DNA of 64,000 nucleotides, taken from a bacterium (GTDB lineage Bacteria; Zhuqueibacterota; Zhuqueibacteria; Residuimicrobiales; Krinioviventaceae). The stretch lies in assembly GCA_963693055.1 (NCBI GenBank), contig OY843751.1, positions 800,001 to 864,000 of the forward strand, written 5' to 3'. Shown here in pieces: positions 9,942-19,771 of this stretch. Numbering within the stretch: the first letter of the stretch is position 1; each line of letters opens with the position of its first letter. The position numbers were made by a program, and so were the translations under genes. Under the pieces are notes generated by a model, which was not told the origin of the DNA, ran no database searches, and saw only the letters and a program-made list of their open reading frames with translations.

Positions 9942-11075
9942 GTGCGTATTCACAAACTCGTAATCATGATTTTATTGTCGGCTTTTGTTTGGGTGTTTGG
10001 TGCAGAGCTCGAATTTCAGTTGACGGGGCGGGTCATTAACAGCGAAACACACGAAGCGGTTTTTTTTGTACAGGTGTTTCTTGCCAATACAACAATAGGT
10101 ACAACGACAGACAAAGATGGACGTTTTGAAATAAAGCGGGAGCATTTTTCTCCCGGTACATATCAACTGATTGTCCATCATGTGGCGTTTGAAATGCAGA
10201 CCATCGAGCTTGCGGTTTTCCAGAACACAAAGCAGGAAATGAATGTTGAGCTGGCCCCAAAAGTGTGGGAGGGTGAGCAAGTTGAAGTAACCGCTTCTGA
10301 TCCCCGCGAGTGGAAAAATCGTCTTGAACGTTTTCTGGATATTTTTATTGGCCAATCTGATAACGTGAAATATACAACATTGACGAATCCTGAAGTGTTG
10401 AATTTCTATATTGACTCTGAAACGAAAGAGATGGTCGCGCATACAGACAGTGTATTACATGTAGAAAATCTTGCATTGGGCTATGATCTTGAGATTGTAT
10501 TGCATGATTTTCGCTGTTCTGATTTTTCGCGAGAGTATCTTTTTTATCCGCGATTTATTGAAAAAGAACCTGCAAATGAAAAACAGAAAAAGAAATGGGT
10601 GGAAAATCGGGAAAAAGCCTGGTATGGATCGTACCGTCACTTTATGAGAACACTGGTTTTGACTGCCAGTTCTAAAGGTAAAAAACAGGCCAAACGGTTG
10701 GTGAAAAAATGGGAAATGCCTACCGAGTCTACATTCAATATTTTCGATCTTTATCAAAAAGATAAAAAGTTTATTGTGTACCCCGGTTTTATAGATGCCA
10801 GCAAAGATTTTCGACATACATATACCAACGCACCCGCCCCATTTGAAATAAACGAGTTAGAGAGCCAGTATTCGCTGGGTTTTAATGGTTGGTTGCAGGT
10901 ATTTTATAATTATGAGCGACTACCGGAAGCCAGTTATATACGTTTACTAGATGGGCTTAGTTTTACCCTGCTCGATACGCTGGGCAATGAAACCAGTCGT
11001 GCCAGTGTCATGAAAGGGGGACGTTGGCTTCGTGAGGGGATGGCAGAGCTTTTACCCAGAGATTACCTACCATGA
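9942..11075 (+). CDS. Exported carboxypeptidase-like regulatory domain protein
   Basis: Signal peptide, GRVIN...GTTTDKDGRFEI domain, C-terminal LLPRDY as in Bacteroidetes-type families. Confidence 0.75.
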   Translation: MRIHKLVIMILLSAFVWVFGAELEFQLTGRVINSETHEAVFFVQVFLANTTIGTTTDKDGRFEIKREHFSPGTYQLIVHHVAFEMQTIELAVFQNTKQEMNVELAPKVWEGEQVEVTASDPREWKNRLERFLDIFIGQSDNVKYTTLTNPEVLNFYIDSETKEMVAHTDSVLHVENLALGYDLEIVLHDFRCSDFSREYLFYPRFIEKEPANEKQKKKWVENREKAWYGSYRHFMRTLVLTASSKGKKQAKRLVKKWEMPTESTFNIFDLYQKDKKFIVYPGFIDASKDFRHTYTNAPAPFEINELESQYSLGFNGWLQVFYNYERLPEASYIRLLDGLSFTLLDTLGNETSRASVMKGGRWLREGMAELLPRDYLP

Positions 11076-11197
11076 TTGTAAGAAAAACGAAAAAATGTGT
11101 TAAAATTTGAACCGGTTCAGGAAAATACTTGACATTGTTGTCTGAAAAGTATAAACTATGATAATTAGTAATTGGGTAATTAAATAAAGGGTTAATT

Positions 11198-12526
11198 GTG
11201 GAAAAAACAAATCAAACCAGAAGAGAGTTTGTAAAAACTGCAGCAACCGGGGCTGCCGCTGCTGCCATGTTTTCAACCGTGCCTTCCAAGGTATTGGGCG
11301 CCAACGATAAACTGCGTGTTGCTGTTATGGGAACCCGCAGTCGTGGTCGTGCATTGTATACTGAATTTGCAAAATCTCCTCATACCGAGGTTGCATATGT
11401 ATGTGATGTAGATTCACGCGTTATTGAAAAATCTGTCAAAGATTTGGATGAAATGCAGGGCAAAAAACCAAAAGGTGTTGAAGATTTTCGTGAAGCATTG
11501 GACGATAAAGATGTAGATATTCTTGCCATTGCCGCGCCAGACCATTGGCATGCTCCTGCTGCTTTGTTGGGTATGAAGGCGGGAAAACATATTTATGTAG
11601 AAAAACCATGTGGTCATAATCCTCATGAAGGCGAATTGCTGGTTGCCGCGCAGAAAAAATACAACAAGGTTGTACAAATGGGTAATCAACAACGTTCATC
11701 CATCCAAACCATCCAGGCTCTGAAAGAGCTAAAAGAAGGAATTATCGGTCGTCCCTATTATGCCAAAGCATGGTACACAAGCAACCGTGGTCCTATTGGC
11801 AATGGCAAAATTGCTCCTGTTCCGGAATGGTTAAACTGGGAATTGTGGCAGGGACCCGCGCCACGTGTTCCGTATCGCGATAATGTTGTGCATTACAACT
11901 GGCATTGGTTCTGGCGTTGGGGTACTGGTGAGGCCTTGAATAATGGAACCCATGAAGTTGATGTTGCGCGTTGGGCGTTGGGTGTAGATTTTCCACTGAA
12001 AACCACCTCTTCTGGTGGACGTTTTCATTATGATGATGATTGGGAATTTTATGATACTCAGAACATCATGTACGAATTTGAAGGCGGCAAAGCCATCAAC
12101 TGGGAAGGCAGAAGCTGTAACGGTTTTAAATTTTTTGACCGTGGACGCGGTACCATTATCACTGCAACCGAAGGTACCCTGATTGTAGATCGTAATGGTC
12201 ACGAGTTTTATGACAAGAAACACAAACTTATCAAAGAATACAAAGATAGTGCTGAAAATAATACCATGGGCACCACCGGTCTGGGTGATCCCTTGAATGA
12301 ATTGCATGTTGGCAATTTTATTGATGCAATTAAAACCGGTGCAAAACAGAATTCACACATTGAAGAAGGTTTCAAGAGTGTTCTGCTTTGTCAGCTCGGT
12401 AATATTTCTCAAGAAATGGGACGTACCTTGTATACGGATCCACGGAATGGCCGCATTGTTGGTGATCCCGAAGCCATGACCATGTGGTCACGCGATTACG
12501 AACCCGGTTGGGAAATGCGCATCTGA
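11198..12526 (+). CDS. Tat-exported Gfo/Idh/MocA family oxidoreductase
   Basis: TRREFVK Tat motif, PDHWH, YVEKP, QMGNQQRS, WELWQGPAP. Confidence 0.93.
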   Translation: MEKTNQTRREFVKTAATGAAAAAMFSTVPSKVLGANDKLRVAVMGTRSRGRALYTEFAKSPHTEVAYVCDVDSRVIEKSVKDLDEMQGKKPKGVEDFREALDDKDVDILAIAAPDHWHAPAALLGMKAGKHIYVEKPCGHNPHEGELLVAAQKKYNKVVQMGNQQRSSIQTIQALKELKEGIIGRPYYAKAWYTSNRGPIGNGKIAPVPEWLNWELWQGPAPRVPYRDNVVHYNWHWFWRWGTGEALNNGTHEVDVARWALGVDFPLKTTSSGGRFHYDDDWEFYDTQNIMYEFEGGKAINWEGRSCNGFKFFDRGRGTIITATEGTLIVDRNGHEFYDKKHKLIKEYKDSAENNTMGTTGLGDPLNELHVGNFIDAIKTGAKQNSHIEEGFKSVLLCQLGNISQEMGRTLYTDPRNGRIVGDPEAMTMWSRDYEPGWEMRI

Positions 12527-12557
12527 TAGATCATAACAGATATTCAAGATTATTTTG

Positions 12558-12590
12558 GCCCCGGTGTGTTCACATATCGGGGCTTATTTG
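12558..12590 (+). terminator. Intrinsic terminator-like hairpin
   Basis: GCCCCGGTGTG-ttca-CATATCGGGGC followed by TTATTT. Confidence 0.65.
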
Positions 12591-12600
12591 TTAGTACGTT

Positions 12601-12628
12601 TTCAGTTGTCAGTGTTCAGTTTTCAGAA
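12601..12628. repeat. Degenerate 7-bp tandem repeat x4
   Basis: TTCAGTT GTCAGTG TTCAGTT TTCAGAA. Confidence 0.45.
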
Positions 12629-12764
12629 AATACGCTTTAGCTATTTTGGTAATAATTAACACAAAGAGAATCAATTGCGAAAAAAGGCATTTTCTGTTTT
12701 TATTTTGAGAAAATTTTTGTTAAACTCTATTTATTGAACTGGAATCTGATCAGTAAGGAGTAAC

Positions 12765-13052
12765 ATGGGGCTGTCATTTAAATCGGGAATTCTTTATCAA
12801 TTAAAACGGATCATCAGGCTGGTATTGGGTTTTATTTTTTTGATTTTGGGGATATTGGGATTGTTTTTACCCATTTTACAAGGGATTCTATTTCTCGTTA
12901 TTTCCGCGTTACTGCTTGCACCGGACGTACCTTTTATTCGTCGTCTTCTCAAAAAGCTACGAAGAAAATATCCCCGGGCTGTTCGTATAGCCGAATCCAT
13001 TAGCGGTACATTGGATAAAGAGGAAGATGACGAAGGCAATGCTGATAAATGA
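12765..13052 (+). CDS. Small membrane protein (PGPGW/DUF454-like)
   Basis: GFIFLILGILGLFLPILQGILFL hairpin motif; SD AAGGAG upstream. Confidence 0.75.
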   Translation: MGLSFKSGILYQLKRIIRLVLGFIFLILGILGLFLPILQGILFLVISALLLAPDVPFIRRLLKKLRRKYPRAVRIAESISGTLDKEEDDEGNADK

Positions 13053-13079
13053 ATTATTAAATTTATCAAGGGATCTGTT

Positions 13080-14084
13080 ATGAAAAAAATGTCAATACTA
13101 CTGTTTTTATTTTTGATTTCCTGTACTTTAACTGAAAAGTTCCCACGCCTCTCTGGCGAGTATCTGGGGCAAACACCACCCGGAAACACCGCGGAATTGT
13201 TTGCGCCGGGAATTGTATCTACGGGTATGTATACGCGTGATTTGAGCATGACACCGGACGGTAGTGAGATCTATTACAGTGTGATTCTGGGGCAATACAA
13301 ATACACCGCAATTATGGTAACCAAACAGGTGGATGGAATCTGGACAAAACCAGAAGTGACATCATTTTCAAATAATCCGAATTGGGTGGATATAGAGCAC
13401 AGTATCTCTGCTGATGGACAGCAATTCTTTTTCATGTCTAACCGGCCAGACAGCTCTGCCGGAGAGATAGAACCGGGTGATCCCGATATCTGGGTGATGG
13501 ACCGGCAGGGAGATGGTTGGAGCGATCCCCGAAATCTGGGTGCTCCTGTTAATAGTGAGGATGAAGAGTTTTTCCCGTCAGTTACTCAAGACGGTACTCT
13601 ATATTTTACCCGTCAGGGTAAAGGGAATCCTCTTGGCATTATTTATCGATCACGATTCATAGATGGCAAATATACAGAGCCCGAAGAATTACCCGAGCAG
13701 GTCAATTGCGGCCGAAATCGTTTCAACTCTTTTATTGCTAAAGATGAGAGTTATATCATAACCCCGGTAGCTGGCGCTGATGACAGTTACGGAGGCATTG
13801 ATTATTATATCACGTTTCGTAATGAAAATGATAACTGGAGCCAACCCTTGAATATGGGCCCCCAAGTCAATTCTGCGGACCGTAACGAATATTCGCCTTT
13901 TGTTTCTCCAGATGGTAAATATATGTTCTTTATGTCCGGAAGGGCCAATGCTTCTGCAGAGCCGGAAAAGCTGGATGCTGAGATTCTGCAATCAATTCAG
14001 AGCTCATCTGATAATGGGAATCCCAGTATATTTTGGATTTGTACAGATGTGATAGATTCTTTAAAAAATAAAGCAATTTTTTAA
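13080..14084 (+). CDS. Lipoprotein with PD40 (TolB-like) beta-propeller repeats
   Basis: Lipobox LISC; FAPGIVST; repeats SPDG..FF.S, W..P.NLG.PVNS. Confidence 0.85.
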   Translation: MKKMSILLFLFLISCTLTEKFPRLSGEYLGQTPPGNTAELFAPGIVSTGMYTRDLSMTPDGSEIYYSVILGQYKYTAIMVTKQVDGIWTKPEVTSFSNNPNWVDIEHSISADGQQFFFMSNRPDSSAGEIEPGDPDIWVMDRQGDGWSDPRNLGAPVNSEDEEFFPSVTQDGTLYFTRQGKGNPLGIIYRSRFIDGKYTEPEELPEQVNCGRNRFNSFIAKDESYIITPVAGADDSYGGIDYYITFRNENDNWSQPLNMGPQVNSADRNEYSPFVSPDGKYMFFMSGRANASAEPEKLDAEILQSIQSSSDNGNPSIFWICTDVIDSLKNKAIF

Positions 14085-14173
14085 TATTAGCGGATTGCCG
14101 CTTTACGGGGGATTTTCTTTTAATTATTAATTTATCGTTAAATTTTTGATGCGTACGTCAATATTTTATTTAT

Positions 14174-14189
14174 TGGCATTAACATTGCT
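14174..14189 (+). promoter_or_regulatory. Putative sigma54 (-24/-12) promoter
   Basis: TGGCATTAACATTGCT matches TGGCA-N6-TTGC with exact GG-N10-GC spacing, ~200 nt upstream of the hydrogenase-MCP gene. Confidence 0.6.
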
Positions 14190-14389
14190 CAATTAGAAGT
14201 GATATTAAAAATTTTTTTTGGGTTAGGGCGCAAGTGATTGAAATACAGTGGCTTAAGTTGATCATTGCATTGTGTGGTGCTTTATATTAGTAACATTATT
14301 TCCCTTGTAGATATATATATTTCCACAAAACAACAACTGATTATAAGTAATATTTTTGATTATCATAATATACGTTATAAGGAAGTGAA

Positions 14390-16549
14390 ATGAAAAGTCT
14401 TGCTGCTGTAATCGATGTAATTGCTGAAAAGTGTAAAAATTGCCATGCTTGCATTACCGCATGTCCGGTTAAATATTGTAATAATGCCAATGGAGACCAT
14501 GTACAGGTAAATCATGATATGTGCATTGGATGTGGATCCTGTATCAAGGCATGTACACATGGGGCACGTACTATTATTGATGATTTTGATCTGTTTATGA
14601 AAAATGTGCGAAACGAAAAAGTTGTTGCTATTGTTGCTCCTGCGGTTGCTCCCAATTTTCCTGACAAACATTTACATTTTAATGGCTGGCTAAAATCGTT
14701 GGGTGTTGATGCGATTTTTGATGTAAGCTTTGGGGCAGAGTTGACGGTAAAATCTTATCTTGAGCATATTAAAGTAAACCAGCCACAGGCAGTCATTGCT
14801 CAACCATGTCCCGCAATTGTTTCCTTTATAGAAATATACAAACCCGAGTTACTCAACGTGCTTGCACCGGCTGACAGCCCCATGATGCATACATTGAAAA
14901 TGATTAAGCAATTTTATCCTGAATATAAATTTCACAAAACCGTCATCATTTCACCGTGTGTTGCTAAAAAACGAGAGTTTGATGACTGTGGCATTGGTAA
15001 TTATAATGTTACTTTTGCAGCCATTGATGATTATATCAATCAGAATGGTATCCGCATTGAAAGTTATCCTGCGGTTGAATTTGATAATCCACCAGCAGAG
15101 CGAGCTGTTTTATTCTCCACACCAGGCGGGTTAATGCGAACTGTTGAACGCGAGTTTCCTGATGTAAACAATATTGCAAGAAAAATTGAAGGGCCAGAGA
15201 TCATTTATGATTATCTTGAACAATTACCCGAAATGATGCAGCGCAAAATGAATCCATTATTGATCGATTGCTTGAATTGTGAAGCGGGTTGTAATGGTGG
15301 TACCGGTACCCATAATCATGAAAAATCTTTTGACGAACTGGAATTTTGGGTAGAAAAGCGTAACAAAGAGATGCAGGAAAAATATGCACAAAAGGGATTG
15401 CTGGATAAAAACAGAGGTAAGAAACAGCTCGAAAAAGCTATAGACAGCCATTGGAAACCCGGTCTTTACGACAGAAAATATAATGACCGCTCTCAAAACA
15501 ATGAAGTGAAAAAGCCCAGTTCTCAAGAGTTGAAAGAAATTTACAAACAGATTAGTAAATTCAGCGAAGATGATATTTATAATTGTGGTGCTTGCGGTTA
15601 TGGCGATTGCGAGTCTATGGCAGTTGCACTTTATAATGGTTTAAATATGCCAGAGAACTGTTTACACCATCAGTTTGCAATCCACAAAGAATTCCATTCG
15701 CGGCTTGCATGCTCATCTACACAGCTTGAAGGAATGGCGCATTCGGTAACAAATCAGTGCTCATCTATCAAAGACCGAACAGATAATGTATCTACAAACA
15801 TTGATGATTTGCGGTTATTGTTGCACCGTATTCTTGAAAATTCGGAAGAAAACAAGAATGTAATTAACAATATATCTATCTCAACAGAAGAAATGAGTGC
15901 AACCATTCAGGATATCTCAGAGAACGCGGAAAAAACCCGCAGTATTACTCAACATGCTGTAGAGAATGTCCGCAATATTCACGAAAGGGCACGGGACCTG
16001 AATGAAGCAACTGCAGATATCCAATCTGTTATAAAATTGATTTTTGAGATTGCAGATCAAACCAAACTATTGGCAATTAATGCAACCATTGAGGCTGCCA
16101 GAGCAGGTGAGGCCGGCAAAGGTTTTGGTGTTGTAGCAAACGAAGTCAAGCATCTGGCAGACCAAACCAATGACGCCACACGGACCATTCGGGAAAAAGT
16201 GGCAAGAATCTCACGTTCCGCTAATGAAACACTGGGTGAAGTGGGAAATATTAATGAGATCATTGAAAATATTAATGACATGATTACTTCCATTGCAACG
16301 GGTGTTGACCAGCAATCTCATACAACGAAGAACATGTCTGTGGATATAATGAAATTTTCTCAAAGAATAGAAGAAATTAGTAATCATCTCACAAATTCTT
16401 CAGAAAAAGCGAGTTCGGTCAGTCAAGATGTATTTCAGGTGAACCAGGTGGTTGGAAATGTAGACTTGTCTGCATCTGAGCTCAAAGTAAATTCAGACCA
16501 GCTATCAAGTTTGTGTAATAAATTGTCGAATAATGGGAACGGACGCTAG
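14390..16549 (+). CDS. Soluble [FeFe]-hydrogenase-like sensory domain fused to methyl-accepting chemotaxis signalling domain
   Basis: 2x[4Fe-4S] ferredoxin (CKNCHACITACP, CIGCGSCIKAC); H-cluster motifs AQPCP, SPCVAKKRE, DCLNCEAGCNGG; FeS CGACGYGDC; MCP core QTKLLAINATIEAARAGEAGKGFGVVANEVK. No TM segment. Confidence 0.9.
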   Translation: MKSLAAVIDVIAEKCKNCHACITACPVKYCNNANGDHVQVNHDMCIGCGSCIKACTHGARTIIDDFDLFMKNVRNEKVVAIVAPAVAPNFPDKHLHFNGWLKSLGVDAIFDVSFGAELTVKSYLEHIKVNQPQAVIAQPCPAIVSFIEIYKPELLNVLAPADSPMMHTLKMIKQFYPEYKFHKTVIISPCVAKKREFDDCGIGNYNVTFAAIDDYINQNGIRIESYPAVEFDNPPAERAVLFSTPGGLMRTVEREFPDVNNIARKIEGPEIIYDYLEQLPEMMQRKMNPLLIDCLNCEAGCNGGTGTHNHEKSFDELEFWVEKRNKEMQEKYAQKGLLDKNRGKKQLEKAIDSHWKPGLYDRKYNDRSQNNEVKKPSSQELKEIYKQISKFSEDDIYNCGACGYGDCESMAVALYNGLNMPENCLHHQFAIHKEFHSRLACSSTQLEGMAHSVTNQCSSIKDRTDNVSTNIDDLRLLLHRILENSEENKNVINNISISTEEMSATIQDISENAEKTRSITQHAVENVRNIHERARDLNEATADIQSVIKLIFEIADQTKLLAINATIEAARAGEAGKGFGVVANEVKHLADQTNDATRTIREKVARISRSANETLGEVGNINEIIENINDMITSIATGVDQQSHTTKNMSVDIMKFSQRIEEISNHLTNSSEKASSVSQDVFQVNQVVGNVDLSASELKVNSDQLSSLCNKLSNNGNGR

Positions 16550-17901
16550 TTCAAACTACCCGGCATAAGTCGTTCCATTTTAGAGTAAAGTTGGCGCCGG
16601 GTAATGCCTAAAAGCTCGGCAGCCTTTGTTTTGTTGCTTTCAGCTCTTGCAAGGGCCCGCTGGATCATGCGTATTTCCATTTCGTCCAAAGTCATTAGAT
16701 CATCATCGCTGGTTTGCAGGTCAATAGGCATTTCAGCTTCGCCTCGTATATATGGGGGTAAATCCTGAACGGATATAGAACTTCCGCCAGCCATTATTAA
16801 AGCTCTTTCAATTACATTTTCCAATTCACGCACATTTCCCGGCCAGGCAAACTCTATCAAGAGTTTAATGGCTTTTGGATCAATCTTTTGCGGATCAACC
16901 TGCTGAAGAGTCATAAAATGTTCAATCAGTTCAGGCACATCTGTTTTTCTATCCCGGAGTGGGGGAATTACGATTGGAAAAACATTGATCCGATAATAAA
17001 GGTCTTCACGGAATGATTTTTCTTTGACCATCTCTTCCAAATTACGATTGGTAGCGGCAATAGTGCGTGCATGGATTTTTATTGACTGGGTTCCACCTAC
17101 ACGAATTACTTCTTTGGCTTGCAATGCTCGCAAAAGTTTAACCTGGGTTGCGGGAGTCATGTCTCCAATTTCATCTAAAAAGATGGTGCCATTACCGGCA
17201 ACCTCAAACAGTCCGGGTTTTTGCTTGTCTGCTCCTGTGAATGCACCTTTTTCATATCCAAACAATTCACTTTCCAGTAATGTTTCAGGCAATGCACTGC
17301 AATTGACAGCAATAAATTGATTGTCTTTGCGGGGGCTGCAGTGATGGATGGCATGCGCAACCAGTTCTTTACCGGTGCCGCTTTCTCCACGGACCAGTAC
17401 CGTAGCATCGCTTTGAGCTACTTTTTCTACCAGTTGGTAAACCTGCTGCATGGCCCCGCTTTTCCCGACCATATTGTCAAGCGAATATTTGTTTACAAGC
17501 TTCTTTTTTAGAGTTTTGTTTTCCTGCTTTAAATCGTGTTTGTCGAGTATATGTTTAACCTTGTGACGTAATTCATCAATCTCGAAAGGTTTAATAACAT
17601 AATCATATGCACCGTTTTTCATGGCATCAACTGCGGTTTTGGCATCGGCATAGGCTGTCATTAACAGGACTTCGGTTTCAGGAAATGAGGATTTTACTTT
17701 TTCGAGCAGATCCAGTCCACTCATGCCCGGCATTTTTATATCAGAGAGGATGACGTCAAAAGTATCCACATCCAATGCCGCAATGGCAGCTTCACCACTG
17801 TTGGCTGTAGTGACTGAAAGACCAATATTTTCAAAAGCGGTTTTGAGCACAATACACATTTTACGTTCATCATCCACTATTAATATTTTTCCATTACTCA
17901 T
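16546..17901 (-). CDS. NtrC-family sigma54-dependent response regulator (REC-AAA+-Fis HTH)
   Basis: ILIVDDE, SDIKMP, GESGTGKE, GAFTGA, WPGNVREL, HTH. ATG 17901 preferred over TTG 17913 because of the SD position. Confidence 0.95.
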   Translation of the reverse strand: MSNGKILIVDDERKMCIVLKTAFENIGLSVTTANSGEAAIAALDVDTFDVILSDIKMPGMSGLDLLEKVKSSFPETEVLLMTAYADAKTAVDAMKNGAYDYVIKPFEIDELRHKVKHILDKHDLKQENKTLKKKLVNKYSLDNMVGKSGAMQQVYQLVEKVAQSDATVLVRGESGTGKELVAHAIHHCSPRKDNQFIAVNCSALPETLLESELFGYEKGAFTGADKQKPGLFEVAGNGTIFLDEIGDMTPATQVKLLRALQAKEVIRVGGTQSIKIHARTIAATNRNLEEMVKEKSFREDLYYRINVFPIVIPPLRDRKTDVPELIEHFMTLQQVDPQKIDPKAIKLLIEFAWPGNVRELENVIERALIMAGGSSISVQDLPPYIRGEAEMPIDLQTSDDDLMTLDEMEIRMIQRALARAESNKTKAAELLGITRRQLYSKMERLMPGSLN

Positions 17902-17915
17902 AAAATCCCTCAAAT

Positions 17916-19262
17916 TTAATGTGCCGGTAATGTAAATGTTATTGTTGCACCTTTGTCCTGATTGTTAGCAGCAGTAATCTTGCCGCCGTGTTTTTCAATA
18001 ATTGTTTTGCTTACGGCTAGCCCTAAACCAGTACCACGGGTTTTTGTTGTAAAGAATGGATTGAAAATTTCTTCCGGTTCAACCTGAATACCTTCTCCAT
18101 TGTCAATAACACTGATGCGTGCATATGTCATACCTCGATTATTTTCACGACTGACATTGATTTGGATATCGGCTGATTCTTCTTTGACTGCCTGACGTGC
18201 ATTGATCAATAGATTTAATAAAACCCTGTAGATGGTATCTCTGTCGCAGTCGGAAATAATTTCGTCTTGTTCCATATTGACTGTTAGGTGTACCTGCTCA
18301 AATTGTTCTGCGTTAAAAGACGTAACAGCATCCTGAACAATGCTTGAAATATTGTGTTGGGCTATTGTTAGTTTGGGTTCTCGAGCAAATGATAAAAAGT
18401 CGTTTACCAACCGGTTCAAACGCGCAATTTCTTCGGTTATAAAATCAAACATTTCATTCGGTTTTTCGGGGTCCTGATAGGTTTCCTTGATGACATCGCT
18501 GGTGCTTTTTATGATGCCAAGCGGATTGCGGATCTCGTGCGCTACGGTTGCTGCCATTTGACCCATCGCAGCCAATCGCTGCGATTGCTGCAATTCGGCC
18601 TCGGTTTTTACCAGCATGCGTGTGGCCCAGGTAACAAAAAATACAATGAGGCCCAGTACTAAAAGACTGATCAGACTGCCCAGGTACATACCCCGTTTAA
18701 AAAATTGTATCGTATTAAAAGAGCGGGCATTGGCTTCCATAACCAAAATTACAGGGTTTGCATAGGTGTCGTAAAGCATTGCATAAGCATTTTTAAAATA
18801 ATTGCCTTCCAGCAGATGCATTTGTGAAGTTGCAATTTCATCGATCTCTATTTTTTTCAAAGCCAGGCTGTCTTCTGTCAGGTACCCACGGCTTATCATT
18901 TCCAGTTCGGGCCTTGCATCTACCAGCACATTCAGTCTGACATTTATCATATAAACCGCTTCAAGAGAGTTTTGTCTGCGGAGCATATCCAGATTTCTGC
19001 GTAAATAGGGATATGCAGAAGTGTTGTAAATGTCGACCAAATTGGGTTCAATAACGCGGATAGCCATTTGGGCTGTGGAGCGGAGCCTGGCATCCAGTTC
19101 CTGTTCTAAAAACTCCCCAATCTGATGGATGAACCAGTATGCGCCCATGTTAAATGCAGCCAGAGAAAAAAAAGTAACACCAATAACAGAGATGATTGTT
19201 AATCTTCTGCGTGTGATCAACTGTTTGGGATTTTGAGGTTTTTTGATTTTTGTCCTGTTCAT
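17916..19262 (-). CDS. Membrane sensor histidine kinase (NtrB-like)
   Basis: Two TM helices, H-box AHEIRNPL, N-box NLLINA, DNGEG, GTGLGL. Confidence 0.95.
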   Translation of the reverse strand: MNRTKIKKPQNPKQLITRRRLTIISVIGVTFFSLAAFNMGAYWFIHQIGEFLEQELDARLRSTAQMAIRVIEPNLVDIYNTSAYPYLRRNLDMLRRQNSLEAVYMINVRLNVLVDARPELEMISRGYLTEDSLALKKIEIDEIATSQMHLLEGNYFKNAYAMLYDTYANPVILVMEANARSFNTIQFFKRGMYLGSLISLLVLGLIVFFVTWATRMLVKTEAELQQSQRLAAMGQMAATVAHEIRNPLGIIKSTSDVIKETYQDPEKPNEMFDFITEEIARLNRLVNDFLSFAREPKLTIAQHNISSIVQDAVTSFNAEQFEQVHLTVNMEQDEIISDCDRDTIYRVLLNLLINARQAVKEESADIQINVSRENNRGMTYARISVIDNGEGIQVEPEEIFNPFFTTKTRGTGLGLAVSKTIIEKHGGKITAANNQDKGATITFTLPAH

Positions 19263-19273
19263 TGCTTATTTGA

Positions 19274-19771
19274 TCAGGTTTCGTCATTTTCGTTGAAAAG
19301 CCGTTCCCATTCTTCCAGTTCTTTGGGACCTATGTTTACATTGTATTTTTTTTCATATTCCCGGCTGTTTGCCTCTTTATTCATTCTTTGATAAAGTAAT
19401 TCTACACTCCAAACTGTACAACCCATGGACTGTACAATTCGCGCAAGAGAATTGTCTGATGTAACAACCGTAAGGTCTCGTTTGTTTTCAGCTTTTTCAA
19501 CAAGTTTAATAATCATAGGATCCGCTTTTAGCGGTGCTTTAGAGAAGGCAACATGTATGCCACGAGGGCGATGGAGTTTGGTAATGCCTTTGATATCCTG
19601 CCCATCAAAGACAATACTGATCCTTATACTCTTGTTTCCCCTATAAGCTATGACTTGCTGAACAAGCTCTTCGCGGGCTTTCCACAGGTGTTTTTCGTTA
19701 TTTAAATAGGCTGGATTCTGGCGGAAAATAAAGTTATAGCCATCAATGATGATGTGCTGCTGAAGTTTCAT
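19274..19771 (-). CDS. NYN domain (YacP/Rae1-like) ribonuclease
   Basis: IIDGYN, VFDG, ADPMI, VVTSD acidic motifs. Confidence 0.85.
   Translation of the reverse strand: MKLQQHIIIDGYNFIFRQNPAYLNNEKHLWKAREELVQQVIAYRGNKSIRISIVFDGQDIKGITKLHRPRGIHVAFSKAPLKADPMIIKLVEKAENKRDLTVVTSDNSLARIVQSMGCTVWSVELLYQRMNKEANSREYEKKYNVNIGPKELEEWERLFNENDET

Noticed and set aside
14390-16549. Catalytic, energy-conserving [FeFe]-hydrogenase
   Set aside because: Proton-transfer Cys is replaced (AQPCP), the protein is fused to an MCP domain, and no diaphorase or maturase genes are adjacent.
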